Shown one piece after another: positions 46,128 through 56,479 of a stretch of DNA of 64,000 bases. The position numbers and the translations under genes are program-made. Position 1 is the stretch's first letter; each line of letters opens with the position of its first letter. The stretch is from a virus (taxonomy: Duplodnaviria > Caudoviricetes). Location of the stretch: IMG/VR virus record IMGVR_UViG_3300005445_000001, positions 1-64,000 of that record; one strand, 5' to 3'. A model generated the notes under the pieces. That model saw only the letters and a program-made list of their open reading frames with translations. It was not told the DNA's origin and made no database searches.

Positions 46128-47780
46128 ATGATGGATCCCGCTGCTCATCGCTTGTCGATCACGCGCATCCTGAACGATAAGAACTTCAACGCATATGGTC
46201 GGAAGCAGGCGGCTTGGAACTACATCATCGAGCAAGAAAACCGCGTAGGCTCTCGATTCATCCGTACGAAGGATGGCGGTCTCTTCATGCTGATCGGCAG
46301 CTCGAGAGACATTGCCCCCATCTCCAAGAGGGGTGGAGATCGAATCACTTCGTATCTCTATAACATGTATGGCATTGCCGATCATGATGCTTACGGTAAA
46401 GCCATCTACAAATTCCTTCACGCACACGCCTACGAGAACGCAACGATCGTCGAGCTCAGACGGTTTTCTGCGTTCGTCTCTAAATCACGTACGGCTTACC
46501 TCTCGGCGTACAACGGAAAGATGTGGAAGATCTCAGGAGACAAAGATCCAGAGCTAATTTCAAACGGTGAAGATGAAATCTTCTTCGCCGATGACGATGG
46601 AGGATTGCCAACACAATCTGATGTTGGCCCTCATGATATCTTGTTCAAACAGCTCACAGATCTAAATTACTCCAAATCTGGGATGAGCGGAATCACGCCT
46701 CAGCAACAAGCAATGGCATTGATGATCTGGGTGTTTGCTCTTGCTTTCCCCGATATGATGCCGACGAAGCCGCTGTTGATTCTCGAGGGCGCCGCCGGTA
46801 GCGGCAAGAGCGCCGGCATCCAACTGATCCAACTTGCGCTGATGGGAGACATCAGACCGATCATCATCCAAAAACACCATGAAGATGATTTTGGTGTCCT
46901 GTTACTTCGTGCCCCAATTGCTATCTTCGACAACACAGATAGCTATATCGAATGGGTTGCAGATGCAGTGTGTAGCTATACGACTCTTGGCAAATTCATC
47001 AAGCGCAAGCTGTATTCCGATGACGAGCAAGTAATCATCAAGCCTCACGCATTTATCGCGGTTGCTTCCAAGAATCCAACCTCTTTCCGTCGAGAAGACG
47101 TCGCAGACCGTTGTGTGATCCTTCGTCTTGATCGACGAACCGGATTCAAGAGGATGGGCAAGCTCTGCGAGCAGATCAACTCATTACGGCCAAGGCTTGT
47201 TGGAGAGTACCTCTGGTATGTAAATCGAATCATCGAGGAGATTAGATCTGGCGCGATGGATGAAAGCGATGAGAACGAAACAAGCCGTATGGCCGACTTC
47301 GCGACGTTTAGTCGTGTCGTCGCCCGCGTGATGAATTGGAAGCCCGAAGCGATCGACGAGCTCATGGACGTGTTACAGCGCGAGCGCGACGCGTTCGTGA
47401 ACGAAGGAGATCCTCTTGTCGAGCTCCTTCGCAAGTGGGTCGCGTACCGCCCACGATTCGGCCCTGCCAACGTGGGTCGCGAGGTCGCGCTCCAAGCGCT
47501 GTTCCTAGAGCTAGAGACCCTTGCCGACGCAAGCGGGATCCAGTTCTACAAGACGCCCAACACACTTGCCCAAAAACTTCGGTCGCCGCACGTCTCGCGA
47601 GACTTCACGATCGAGATGGATGCAACGGGCGGTCACAAAACGTATCGCATCTATCGCAAGACTGATCCTCGTCTCGAGGTCATCGATGGCGGGCTCACCT
47701 TCGATGAATCAGCAGAGACGTTGACCGAAGAAGAAGATCCGATAGGACCAGATCTAGAACCCAAGACCAACGAGAAATAG
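46128..47780 (+). CDS. SF3-like helicase/NTPase (probable replicative helicase)
   Basis: LEGAAGSGKS Walker A; IAIFDN; RKLYSD; DRCV. Confidence 0.7.
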   Translation: MMDPAAHRLSITRILNDKNFNAYGRKQAAWNYIIEQENRVGSRFIRTKDGGLFMLIGSSRDIAPISKRGGDRITSYLYNMYGIADHDAYGKAIYKFLHAHAYENATIVELRRFSAFVSKSRTAYLSAYNGKMWKISGDKDPELISNGEDEIFFADDDGGLPTQSDVGPHDILFKQLTDLNYSKSGMSGITPQQQAMALMIWVFALAFPDMMPTKPLLILEGAAGSGKSAGIQLIQLALMGDIRPIIIQKHHEDDFGVLLLRAPIAIFDNTDSYIEWVADAVCSYTTLGKFIKRKLYSDDEQVIIKPHAFIAVASKNPTSFRREDVADRCVILRLDRRTGFKRMGKLCEQINSLRPRLVGEYLWYVNRIIEEIRSGAMDESDENETSRMADFATFSRVVARVMNWKPEAIDELMDVLQRERDAFVNEGDPLVELLRKWVAYRPRFGPANVGREVALQALFLELETLADASGIQFYKTPNTLAQKLRSPHVSRDFTIEMDATGGHKTYRIYRKTDPRLEVIDGGLTFDESAETLTEEEDPIGPDLEPKTNEK

Positions 47781-47827
47781 GAGAACGACAATGGGACTCA
47801 GACCAACCAAATTCGAGATCGAGCATC

Positions 47828-48034
47828 ATGGGAGCGCATCTCATCAATGGGGAGTTTCAGAGTGACAAGTATCCAACCACGCCCCGCGGCAAGGTTCCGC
47901 TCAGCGTGAAGGACCCAACCGCCCAAGATCTTCTCTGGGAGTATGCTCAACGTCGACGATCGGTCGATGCTGAGTTCTCGGCAGATCTCGAGCTAGCGCT
48001 CATCAATGCCGGCTACGAGCCATCATTTGGCTAG
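47828..48034 (+). CDS. Hypothetical protein
   Basis: Short ORF convergent with 48031-48426. Confidence 0.55.
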   Translation: MGAHLINGEFQSDKYPTTPRGKVPLSVKDPTAQDLLWEYAQRRRSVDAEFSADLELALINAGYEPSFG

Positions 48035-48426
48035 TGCCGACCGAAGAAAAACCACCACACACCGAGACCAACCGCAGCGACCGCGACCCAACCAAGCGGC
48101 GAAAGGCCCACGACTGCTTGTGGTGGTAGCGACACGGGCGTCTGATCGATCGGTGGAGGTGGCGGCATCGGAGGTGGAGGCGTCGAGCCGTCCTGTCCGG
48201 TCTGGTAGTCACCACCCTGATCGACTGCGGGTGGACGGAGCGGATCCATCACGATCGTCGTGCCGTCGGTGTTGATCTGCGCACCGGGAACCGCTACAGC
48301 CCGCACCGACGTAGGGAACGTGGGCGTCTGCGGCGTAAAGCCGGGTAGCGAGGCGAATGAGTACGAGCTCGTACCCGCGGGTGGTACTAGGTCCGGGGAA
48401 AGTCCAAGGCCTCGAAATACGAGCAT
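48031..48426 (-). CDS. Pro-rich C-terminally anchored membrane protein
   Basis: Starts MLVFRGLG; TM then GRH. Confidence 0.75.
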   Translation of the reverse strand: MLVFRGLGLSPDLVPPAGTSSYSFASLPGFTPQTPTFPTSVRAVAVPGAQINTDGTTIVMDPLRPPAVDQGGDYQTGQDGSTPPPPMPPPPPIDQTPVSLPPQAVVGLSPLGWVAVAAVGLGVWWFFFGRH

Positions 48427-48623
48427 GTTGGGATCCTACCAGATTCTCCTCGCGGTTTGATAACGTTGCGAAGTGGAAGACGACCTCTTAGAGAAGCTGA
48501 TCAACATCAGCCCCACATGGGCTTTACAGCTGATCAGCGTCGGCCTCAACGTGTTCGAGCAGCTTCTGAACTACGTCACCGAGGTGTTCGAGCGCATCGA
48601 GCTCTACATGGCGAAGGTCGGCG

Positions 48624-49235
48624 ATGGCCAAGCTCGGGCCGCGTAGGACTATCAAGCGCAAGCCGGCTCGGCCGAAGATCGATGATGATCTAGCCGAGCT
48701 AGCCGATGTGCTCGCTCAAAACACCGGCCCCAAAGGATCAGCCGGTTGGTTCTCGATCCCGTGGCGGTTTGGATGGAACGCGGTGCGCCTCGCATTCGCA
48801 CTATGCGGCAACACGTTGCCTACGTGGAACCGTGATTCAGAAGATCGAAAGTGGTTGGAGGCTCTTCTTGAGTCTCCCAATCCAACGAAGAGCGCTGCAC
48901 TCTACTGGCGCGCACAAGATCTCCTTCTAGATCTAAACGTTCCTAGAGAGAAGACAGCTGCGCGCGCTGCACTTCGTTGCTTGCAGGTCTACGTCGGAGA
49001 ATCCGATGGTGGTGGCGCGCTGTACAACGATATCTTGCGCCCGGTATTCGAAGCCCATGAGGCCAACGGCGTATCGTTCGGTCAAGATCTGATGCTTCGC
49101 TGGCGATGCCAAGACGCGATCTACACAACGATCATTTTGCAGAACGACAAGAATGATCGTTACCGTCGAGCATTTAAGATCGCATGGGAACGAGGCCTGT
49201 ACCAAGCGGCATACGCGATCAGAGAGGTCTACTAA
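48624..49235 (+). CDS. Hypothetical protein
   Basis: GAAGG RBS; globular composition. Confidence 0.65.
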   Translation: MAKLGPRRTIKRKPARPKIDDDLAELADVLAQNTGPKGSAGWFSIPWRFGWNAVRLAFALCGNTLPTWNRDSEDRKWLEALLESPNPTKSAALYWRAQDLLLDLNVPREKTAARAALRCLQVYVGESDGGGALYNDILRPVFEAHEANGVSFGQDLMLRWRCQDAIYTTIILQNDKNDRYRRAFKIAWERGLYQAAYAIREVY

Positions 49236-49441
49236 TGCCAAGGTTTGTCAACGTTCGGATCAACCTGACCGATCTTCCCGGCGCGCTATCCGAGAGCGTT
49301 CGTGCTGTGCTCACGAATCGACAAGTGATTCGTCACTTGATGGAGACTGGATACGCGCCGCATATCATCGAGTCGATCATCAACGAGATCGGCCGAAACG
49401 GAGCACAGAACGTGCTCTCTGTCTCCGAGGAGATCGATTGA
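49235..49441 (+). CDS. Hypothetical protein
   Basis: TAATG overlap. Confidence 0.55.
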   Translation: MPRFVNVRINLTDLPGALSESVRAVLTNRQVIRHLMETGYAPHIIESIINEIGRNGAQNVLSVSEEID

Positions 49442-49820
49442 GCTTCTTCCAACGCATGCTTCGAATCGATCCGAGCTACGGAACTCAAGACCATCAAGTC
49501 AAGTTCATGGAGCGCAGGAACGAGATCCAGAGACGCTATCCGTGCTTCATGGATCATTCAAACGGATTTATGATCTGTCACACGCCGGGATGCAAACATC
49601 CCAACGAGCATAAACTCAACGATCCGCACCGTCATCCCGAGGGGGAACACGGGCCATGCTGCTACAGCGAGGCCGCATGGAAAGAGATCTATGAGTGGCA
49701 ACGCTCGCCGAGGCGAGCGTGAGCTGCCCACAACATCCAGATGCCAAGATGGTGCTCACGCGATCTCATTCGTGGCGTGTTTGTATCTATCCAAGATGTG
49801 AATATTTCGAGGTAACCAAC

Positions 49821-50114
49821 ATGCCGAAGATCTTCAATGTCATCGTCGTTCACGACGTCTACGCCGTCGCTGAGAGTCAAGAAGCCGCCGTTGCTGCGGT
49901 CAAGGAGTTCATTCGCAATGGCGAGCTCAAAGCGAGCGAAACCGCGCTCCCCATCCACAACGATCGAAACATCCGCGACTCGTGGCGCGAAGAGCGCCCC
50001 GTTGTCGGCTCCGATGTTTCCGACGAAGATTTCGACAAGCTCAAAGGCAAAACGACGATCGACATCTACGCCGACCTATACACGAAGCAACCCAACGGCG
50101 CCCAAGCGCGTTAG
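49821..50114 (+). CDS. Hypothetical protein
   Basis: GAGG RBS before ATG 49821. Confidence 0.55.
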   Translation: MPKIFNVIVVHDVYAVAESQEAAVAAVKEFIRNGELKASETALPIHNDRNIRDSWREERPVVGSDVSDEDFDKLKGKTTIDIYADLYTKQPNGAQAR

Positions 50115-50297
50115 GCACATGGCGCAAGCCAAGGCTCGTAAGGCCTACGTCGCCGAGAAAAACGAGCTCAACCGTCAACGATGGAAGCGGATCATCGAAC
50201 GAACGCGCGAGGCCCAAGCTGAGATCGATCGGTTCATCCGTAGTAGACGAGTCGCGTGAGGTCGCTCATCAAACCCTAACTGAGATACAATCTGTGG

Positions 50298-51098
50298 ATG
50301 GCTGACGTCACCACGGCGCTCGCGAATGCGTCGATCCTCCTGAACTGGTGGCATGGCGCCGATGTGCCTTGGGCGACCGTCGAAGTGGCGATGGATGATC
50401 TCCTGGACGCGGCATTCGACGATGGCGTGGTGCGCGCGGCGACGTTCCAATCGAGCGAGCTCGCGCTGTTCTCGACGGCCTTACTCCTCGAGCCTGGACG
50501 GATCCAAGACGCGGTAGGAGCCGATGGAGCGGCGATCGTCGGGAACATCAACACGACCTCACCAGCGCCGCGCGTGAAGATGATGCGCTCGATCACGGCA
50601 TGGAGCCGAGGAACGTGGAGAACAGGCTTCGAGCCGCGCAAAGAAGGTTTGACGGCCTGGATCACGTCGCGCGTTGCGGGCGATGCGCTCGCCGGCACGA
50701 TCGCCGGAGACTGGGATCCCAACGCTCGGATCGAGGCGTTGACGTTGCTCAACAAGACGGCGTACCCGCTCGAGTGGCAAGGCGTGATCCTCACGGCGTT
50801 GAACAAACTCGACGAGGTGCTCCCTCAATTGCCGCTCCTCCAAGATTCGGTCGAGCTCGAAGACAAGACCCGATCGACGATCGCTGCGCTGTCACGCGAC
50901 CTCCGCGGCTCGATCTCGATCCAGCAAGCCGACGTGGCACTAGGTAGGCTACCCAGCTTCGGTGCCAGGCTACCAGACGGTAGTACCGTTACGATACCAC
51001 CACCCCCAGCACAGTCCTGGTACGAGAATAGGAAAATTTGGGTGGGAGTTGGTGGACTGATCGTGGGCGGTTTGCTCGCCTCGCGTCGATCGCGCTGA
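50298..51098 (+). CDS. C-terminally anchored putative virion protein
   Basis: PPPP linker, IWVGVGGLIVGGLL, SRRSR. Confidence 0.75.
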   Translation: MADVTTALANASILLNWWHGADVPWATVEVAMDDLLDAAFDDGVVRAATFQSSELALFSTALLLEPGRIQDAVGADGAAIVGNINTTSPAPRVKMMRSITAWSRGTWRTGFEPRKEGLTAWITSRVAGDALAGTIAGDWDPNARIEALTLLNKTAYPLEWQGVILTALNKLDEVLPQLPLLQDSVELEDKTRSTIAALSRDLRGSISIQQADVALGRLPSFGARLPDGSTVTIPPPPAQSWYENRKIWVGVGGLIVGGLLASRRSR

Positions 51099-51169
51099 AG
51101 GCCTGTTCCACGCGTTCCACGGGGGCGCCACGCGACGATTTATATCGATCCGCGCGCTGGGTGCGGAAA

Positions 51170-51555
51170 CGGTCTAAATTTTGTCTCAGCGAGGCTAGAG
51201 TCCATTTTTTCAAAATCGGTCAATTTTGATGTATCACAAAGTACAAACTCCAAAATTCTACTTCTCAAGTATTTGATCTCTAGTTTATTAGATCTTTTTT
51301 ATGAAAATGTTGTAAAGCCCCGGAAGGTCGTTTTTTTTGTTGTGGAGTTATAGGTATTTAAGTAAATTGTAACTTCTATTGAAATACCTACATTGGGGAC
51401 CCCTTACAATTTAATGATCGTTTGTGAGGAATATATACAGGTGGAGAACACCAAACCTCCAATTGTGTTGGTCTGCCAACGGATCACTAATGCTGTCGCA
51501 CGGATCCAACCAAGCAAAAGATCGACTATTCCAGTCAGAAATACGATTTCTGACT
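51170..51555. other. AT-rich non-coding region between convergent genes (candidate origin or genome-end site)
   Basis: Sharp AT enrichment; IRs 51351-51359/51382-51390, 51363-51372/51404-51413, 51533-51542/51546-51555. Confidence 0.5.
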
Positions 51556-51817
51556 AGGCTGTTGCATGGGGGGTCGAGTCCCCACCTAGCTCACGTATGA
51601 TCTCGTCCACAATTCCTACGAAATCGTCTCGAGTCATACCAGACGCGTCCATGCACATTGCAACTGAGAAGCCAAGTAGCGCATGAGCTAGGAGAACCTC
51701 GTTGTACTTGCCCCGATAGGCCTCGAGCTTGACGATAATCTCGATCAGCATGCGCGCCGTGATCGGATCTTGGTCAGCGAGACCTTCGAAGTGCTTCTTG
51801 AGGTGCTCGATGTTCAT
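51554..51817 (-). CDS. Hypothetical protein
   Basis: Last gene of minus operon. Confidence 0.55.
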   Translation of the reverse strand: MNIEHLKKHFEGLADQDPITARMLIEIIVKLEAYRGKYNEVLLAHALLGFSVAMCMDASGMTRDDFVGIVDEIIRELGGDSTPHATA

Positions 51818-51845
51818 TAATCGAGCGTACCGCTCGACGAGGAGA

Positions 51846-52034
51846 TCACCTTGCGTGTTCGAGGATCAGCACGATGCCCAAGACCACAACCAAGCCGCCA
51901 AGAATCTTCAGCGGCGTCGGGATCAACGGAGCTGTGTCATCGCCGAGGCCCGAGAACATGAGCCGATTTGGCCATGCTGGATCGCTCTTCACGACCGGAG
52001 ACCAAACCGGAAGTCTGTTGCTCGTTCGAAACAT
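51846..52034 (-). CDS. Small C-terminally anchored membrane protein
   Basis: MFSGLGDD then TM and EHAR. Confidence 0.65.
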   Translation of the reverse strand: MFRTSNRLPVWSPVVKSDPAWPNRLMFSGLGDDTAPLIPTPLKILGGLVVVLGIVLILEHAR

Positions 52035-52161
52035 GCTCCTCAGCGTATCACAGAAACGGAAGGGGCATCCTCACTTGAGGGGGCAAGAGTGAGGATGCCT
52101 GGGGCTGCTTGTCGAGGGCTCGCCTTGCCTCCAAACATATCACAGCGTACGGAGACGACCA

Positions 52162-52401
52162 CTAATCAAGAGTCGCGAATCCGATCTTGAGCGCCGCGCG
52201 CGTGAGCTCGACGTTGTTCCTCATCTCGAGCTTCTTCATCACGTGCATGCGATGGGTGTCAACGGTCTTCACGCTGACCTCGAGCTCCTTTGCGATCTCA
52301 TGGTTGGTCAAACCACGAGTCAGTAGCTTTGCGACTTCGACCTCACGACCAGTAAGGGAATCGAAGGCAAGCTTGAGATCTTCGAGAGTAGTCACATCCA
52401 T
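52162..52401 (-). CDS. Solo LuxR-type HTH regulator
   Basis: LTGREVEVAKLLTRGLTNHEIAKELEVSVKTVDTHRMHVMKKL. Confidence 0.92.
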   Translation of the reverse strand: MDVTTLEDLKLAFDSLTGREVEVAKLLTRGLTNHEIAKELEVSVKTVDTHRMHVMKKLEMRNNVELTRAALKIGFATLD

Positions 52402-52431
52402 TTCTAAGAGACTAACTTATCGCGGGGAGAC

Positions 52432-52914
52432 TCAACGCCCGATGTTGGGATCGAGAGCCTGGAGATCGGCCAGTGTTGGCGCCTTAGTCCCATCGGGTGG
52501 TGCCACGTATGGTTCTCCCTCGACGGCACGTTTCTGTGCGTAGCGTTCGGCTTCTTTGGCCATCGTGCGCATCTCACGCGCGAGCTCAGCATCGTCGGAT
52601 GTGTAGTCGGGGAGTGTTGCGATCCGGTTCGCGATCGATCGAAGCGATTCGAACGGCCAGTTGCGGATCGTCTCGGGTGGACAGTTGGCCATCGCGAACC
52701 GAACGATCGCGATCGCGTCGCGTGCAACAATGTTCACAGCGCGCACGAGACTTGATGGATCGCCGAGCTTTGCTTGCACGAGATCACTACGAAGCTTTGC
52801 GGATTCAGTCTCAGCTTCAGCACGCGCCTTTTGAAGTGCCTGGTATTCTTCCATCGACAGCGTTACCTGAGCCACTAGATTCCTCCGAGTAGTTTCTGGA
52901 TCGTTGTTATCCAC
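52432..52914 (-). CDS. Coiled-coil hypothetical protein
   Basis: Intact ORF in operon. Confidence 0.6.
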   Translation of the reverse strand: MDNNDPETTRRNLVAQVTLSMEEYQALQKARAEAETESAKLRSDLVQAKLGDPSSLVRAVNIVARDAIAIVRFAMANCPPETIRNWPFESLRSIANRIATLPDYTSDDAELAREMRTMAKEAERYAQKRAVEGEPYVAPPDGTKAPTLADLQALDPNIGR

Positions 52915-53219
52915 GCGGGTTGTTCGCTCCGCCCGACGACGAATAGGATCGGAGCAATCTTTTCAGTTTGGTTGATCACGTACACAGACTCACGATCTAT
53001 TTCTTCGATGCGAACCGTGTCTCGTCCTGACACCGTGAATACGAGCGCTCGCTCATGCGTCTCCATCGGAGGAGAGATCTTGATCAGGATCGATGTCTTC
53101 GGGGGAAGGATCGTGGTTCGAACGTGACGCATGTCTATTTTCTGCACCGGAGCGGACTGCAGATCGGACTGCAGAGCGGACCGAGCTAGGTTCGATGCGC
53201 GGCTCGTTGGGAAGGACAC
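52875..53219 (-). CDS. Hypothetical protein
   Basis: Start uncertain. Confidence 0.45.
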   Translation of the reverse strand: MSFPTSRASNLARSALQSDLQSAPVQKIDMRHVRTTILPPKTSILIKISPPMETHERALVFTVSGRDTVRIEEIDRESVYVINQTEKIAPILFVVGRSEQPAWITTIQKLLGGI

Positions 53220-53442
53220 CTCCCAAACGGTGAGCGCGTTGAAGAAAGTACGTTTCGCTGATTCCTAGTGCCCCACAGGCTTGGGCCATATCGCCGTCAC
53301 AGACTTCAAGAGCTTCGCGGTAGATCCTTCGCTCGGCATCTCGCATCTGTATGTAATAAGGAGTGTTCCAGTCACGCGGCGGAGAATTTCGTTTTCTACG
53401 CTGAGAGAGATAATAGTCCTTATCCTTAGTTGGCTCTTTCAT
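53053..53442 (-). CDS. Fis-like (HTH_8) DNA-binding protein
   Basis: AERRIYREALEVCDGDMAQACGALGISETYF. Confidence 0.75.
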   Translation of the reverse strand: MKEPTKDKDYYLSQRRKRNSPPRDWNTPYYIQMRDAERRIYREALEVCDGDMAQACGALGISETYFLQRAHRLGGVLPNEPRIEPSSVRSAVRSAVRSGAENRHASRSNHDPSPEDIDPDQDLSSDGDA

Positions 53443-53849
53443 TACTGATCCGAGCCCTCAAGGGAGTACATTGCGCATCCCGGATCATGGTGCCGTCCAC
53501 GCTCAATGTGATCGTCGGCTGGGCATGCACAGACCGCGATCGCTGAGCCAGCTCGGTCAAAGCCGGCTTGCATGAGCCCAGCTCCTAGGGGGGTCCAGAA
53601 AATCATCGAGAGCCCAACTACGATGGGTGTAAGCCCGCCCGTCGACGGCATTCCAAAGAACGAGACGTCGTAGGCTCGGCCGATAGTCAGCGCAAGGAGC
53701 AAGCCCCACCATGCGCCCACACATGCCGGGCAATCCATGAACTCATTCAAATTTGAATTATATCTACTCCAAATGAATCGTGAAATCCTGGCGCGACTTC
53801 CGAGGTACCAAAGTGCTGGAGTCAAGAGCATGTAAATGGAGATATCCAT
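53442..53849 (-). CDS. DUF1360-like membrane protein
   Basis: FMDCPACVGAW plus three hydrophobic segments. Confidence 0.6.
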   Translation of the reverse strand: MDISIYMLLTPALWYLGSRARISRFIWSRYNSNLNEFMDCPACVGAWWGLLLALTIGRAYDVSFFGMPSTGGLTPIVVGLSMIFWTPLGAGLMQAGFDRAGSAIAVCACPADDHIERGRHHDPGCAMYSLEGSDQ

Positions 53850-53850
53850 C

Positions 53851-54303
53851 TCAGTTTCCCTTCTTGTCCTCATCTCCTAGCCGCTCAGCTATTTCCTCAG
53901 GGAGTAGATCAGGGGCTTCACCACCGCGCGCGACGCTAGCGCCTGGCGCACCCGTCCAACTAGGACAGAGATAAGTTGAGGCAATGAAGTCTCCTCCACC
54001 CTTACCAGCTTTGCAGACGCCCCAGATTCCACGCTCGAGTCCTCCATCAAAATCGGGAACCATTCTACGAATGTTCATCACTCTAGGGTCATTTTCTCCG
54101 TGGGGGGATGTCAAAGAGATTTGCACTCCTTTGGCTAGGAGGGAGGCACGCGCCTTTTGCCACCAGAGGTCTTTGGCCTTGTCCACATCGAAATGTCTGC
54201 AATTCCAACATCCTTGAGATCGTTCAAACACTCGATCTGGGAACATTCCTAATTTGGCTGCTTGATCGACGTTTCCGAGGCGCTTTCCGAGCTTTTTACT
54301 CAT
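53851..54303 (-). CDS. Cys-motif protein
   Basis: CWNCRHF...GVC...LCPSW. Confidence 0.6.
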   Translation of the reverse strand: MSKKLGKRLGNVDQAAKLGMFPDRVFERSQGCWNCRHFDVDKAKDLWWQKARASLLAKGVQISLTSPHGENDPRVMNIRRMVPDFDGGLERGIWGVCKAGKGGGDFIASTYLCPSWTGAPGASVARGGEAPDLLPEEIAERLGDEDKKGN

Positions 54304-54379
54304 CTCGAGGCGATACTAGTGACTCTCTGTCCTCAGAGCAAATTTGCGCTCTACTAGCACTAGAGATAAGGATTAACAC

Positions 54380-56479
54380 GTGACCAAAGCCCCGACGAAC
54401 ACCCAAGCAATGCCGTTCGATCCGGCCAAATTCGATACACTCAACGAGCCACTCATCGTACGCGTTGAGAAACTCCGTGGAAACACGCGGTCACCTGTTC
54501 CTCTCCCTTCAACGGAAGAGGGCGGAGTAGGTGGAGTTGGATGGTCGAAGGATGACGTTCGAGGCCTCGAACAGTGGCTCGTAACGGCGTGGGCGGGTGG
54601 CGGGCTCTACGAGATCGTGGTTACTGACTCGTCACAGCCGCAGTCGGTTACGATGCGCTGGCGCTCGTTCTACAGCCCGTCCGAGTATCCAGAGAAGACC
54701 CCTCCGCCGCTTGCTGGCGCTGCGACTCAGCTCCCACAACCCCAACCTCAGGTGCGACAACCTATGAGCTCAGCCTTCCCCAACGGCCTCCCCGTATTTC
54801 CCGGTGTGGGTCAGTTCCCGGCTCCGCAGCCGAATTATCAGCAACCTTCTTACTACTATCCGACGCCACCCCCTACGGGCTACGGGTACGGGATGCAGTC
54901 CAACCAACCAGGGTTCGACCCATCGCGCACGGCGATGGAACAAACGATCCGAGACATGCAAGCGCAGATGGCCCGCGAGCGCGAGACTGCGCTCCAACAG
55001 AAGTACGACGCTGCGATCGCGGCGCAGCGCGAGAGCACACGCGCCGAGACTGCGCGGCTCGAGTCTCGATTCAGCGAGCTCGCTGCAATCGTCACGCAGC
55101 TAGCTCAGGGGATCAAAGACGGCCCAGCGAACCGCATCGACCCTCAGATCGAAGCGCTCAAGGAGAACAATCGTCAGCTCGCTGCGAACGCAGAAGCCGA
55201 ACGGCGCGAGCGTGAGGCAGAGCGTCGTGAGCGTGAGATGAAAGATCTGATCACGCAGATGGCGGCAAACTCACAGCGTCAGATCGAGATGATGCAACAG
55301 CAGTTCACGCAGATGCAACAGCAGATGGTGACGCAGGGTCGTCAACACGATCCACTGATCGCGATGTTCCAAGAGCAACAGCGAATGCAGATCGAAGTCG
55401 CCAAGGAGCAAGCACGAGCTCAACAGGCGAGCGTAGAGAAATTGATCCCGTTCATGATGAACCCACGCGAGGCAGTGGCGCTCGCACGTGAGAGCTCGAA
55501 CGGCATCGACGTGATCACGAACCAGGTCTCGCGCGCGTTCGGCGGCGTGATCGAGCTCCAAGGAAAGGTGATGGAGAACCTCTCACAGATGCAGGGTGGA
55601 GATACGCCGGTGACGTTGATCAAGGATGGCATCGAGCGCGCGACCGATATGGCTCAGCGTTGGATGGCGGGCAAGACGAAAGAAGCGATTGCGACGCAGC
55701 AAGCGCAAGCACAGGTCGCCCATGCTCAGGCGCAAGCGGTTGCTGCTCAGGCGATGTACGCAGCACAGGCTGCTCAAGCAGAGCAACAGCCGCAACCTCC
55801 GCCGCGTGTCGTGCACGCGCCTCCAGCGCCACCGGTTCAACAGCAACTGTCTGGTCCGAACGTGTCTTCGCCGGCACAGAAGAGTGGCGCGACGCAATTC
55901 GAGTTTGCTCCTAACTCACAGGGCTCAGGCGGCTCCAACGGAACCGCTCAACCGATCCCACAACAAGCTGCACCTGTAGCTTCCACGCCCGTTCCTGTTC
56001 CAGCTGGGCCACCGAAACGGCACGGTCGCACCGACGAGGAATGGTTCGGTCCACTCATGCCCGAGGTCTTGAAGATGCGAACGGGCGTGGCGCGCGCGAT
56101 CGAAAGTGCCACGATGAAGCCGCCCAGGCTCGACAAGGCGACACACAAGATCGATGGCATCGAGCCGGATCAGGTTGCGAACTACATCTTGCAGGCCGCA
56201 ATGATCGTGATGCAGCAACGCATGCCAATTCCGGTGATGGTCGAGCTCTTCATGCAACAACAGTTCGACATGATGATGGACGTGCTGTTGCCTGATGCAC
56301 CATTCCCGTACAAGGCTGAGGTGATCCAGTCGCTCGTGGCACAGATGCAAGGCAAGGAACCAGATGAGCCAGACGAGCCCGAAGAAGATGACGACGACGA
56401 AGAAAGTGACGAGAACGACGGCGACGATCGCAAGCTCGAAGAGCGAACGACGAAAGCGCGTCCGTCGGCCCAAGCGTGA
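54380..56479 (+). CDS. Large Pro/Gln-rich coiled-coil protein
   Basis: 699 aa; Pro-rich linkers flank a long Gln/Met/Glu heptad region; acidic tail. Confidence 0.8.
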   Translation: MTKAPTNTQAMPFDPAKFDTLNEPLIVRVEKLRGNTRSPVPLPSTEEGGVGGVGWSKDDVRGLEQWLVTAWAGGGLYEIVVTDSSQPQSVTMRWRSFYSPSEYPEKTPPPLAGAATQLPQPQPQVRQPMSSAFPNGLPVFPGVGQFPAPQPNYQQPSYYYPTPPPTGYGYGMQSNQPGFDPSRTAMEQTIRDMQAQMARERETALQQKYDAAIAAQRESTRAETARLESRFSELAAIVTQLAQGIKDGPANRIDPQIEALKENNRQLAANAEAERREREAERREREMKDLITQMAANSQRQIEMMQQQFTQMQQQMVTQGRQHDPLIAMFQEQQRMQIEVAKEQARAQQASVEKLIPFMMNPREAVALARESSNGIDVITNQVSRAFGGVIELQGKVMENLSQMQGGDTPVTLIKDGIERATDMAQRWMAGKTKEAIATQQAQAQVAHAQAQAVAAQAMYAAQAAQAEQQPQPPPRVVHAPPAPPVQQQLSGPNVSSPAQKSGATQFEFAPNSQGSGGSNGTAQPIPQQAAPVASTPVPVPAGPPKRHGRTDEEWFGPLMPEVLKMRTGVARAIESATMKPPRLDKATHKIDGIEPDQVANYILQAAMIVMQQRMPIPVMVELFMQQQFDMMMDVLLPDAPFPYKAEVIQSLVAQMQGKEPDEPDEPEEDDDDEESDENDGDDRKLEERTTKARPSAQA

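Noticed and set aside
54380-56479. Tail tape-measure protein
   Set aside because: No neighbouring tail genes and the composition is Pro/Gln-rich.
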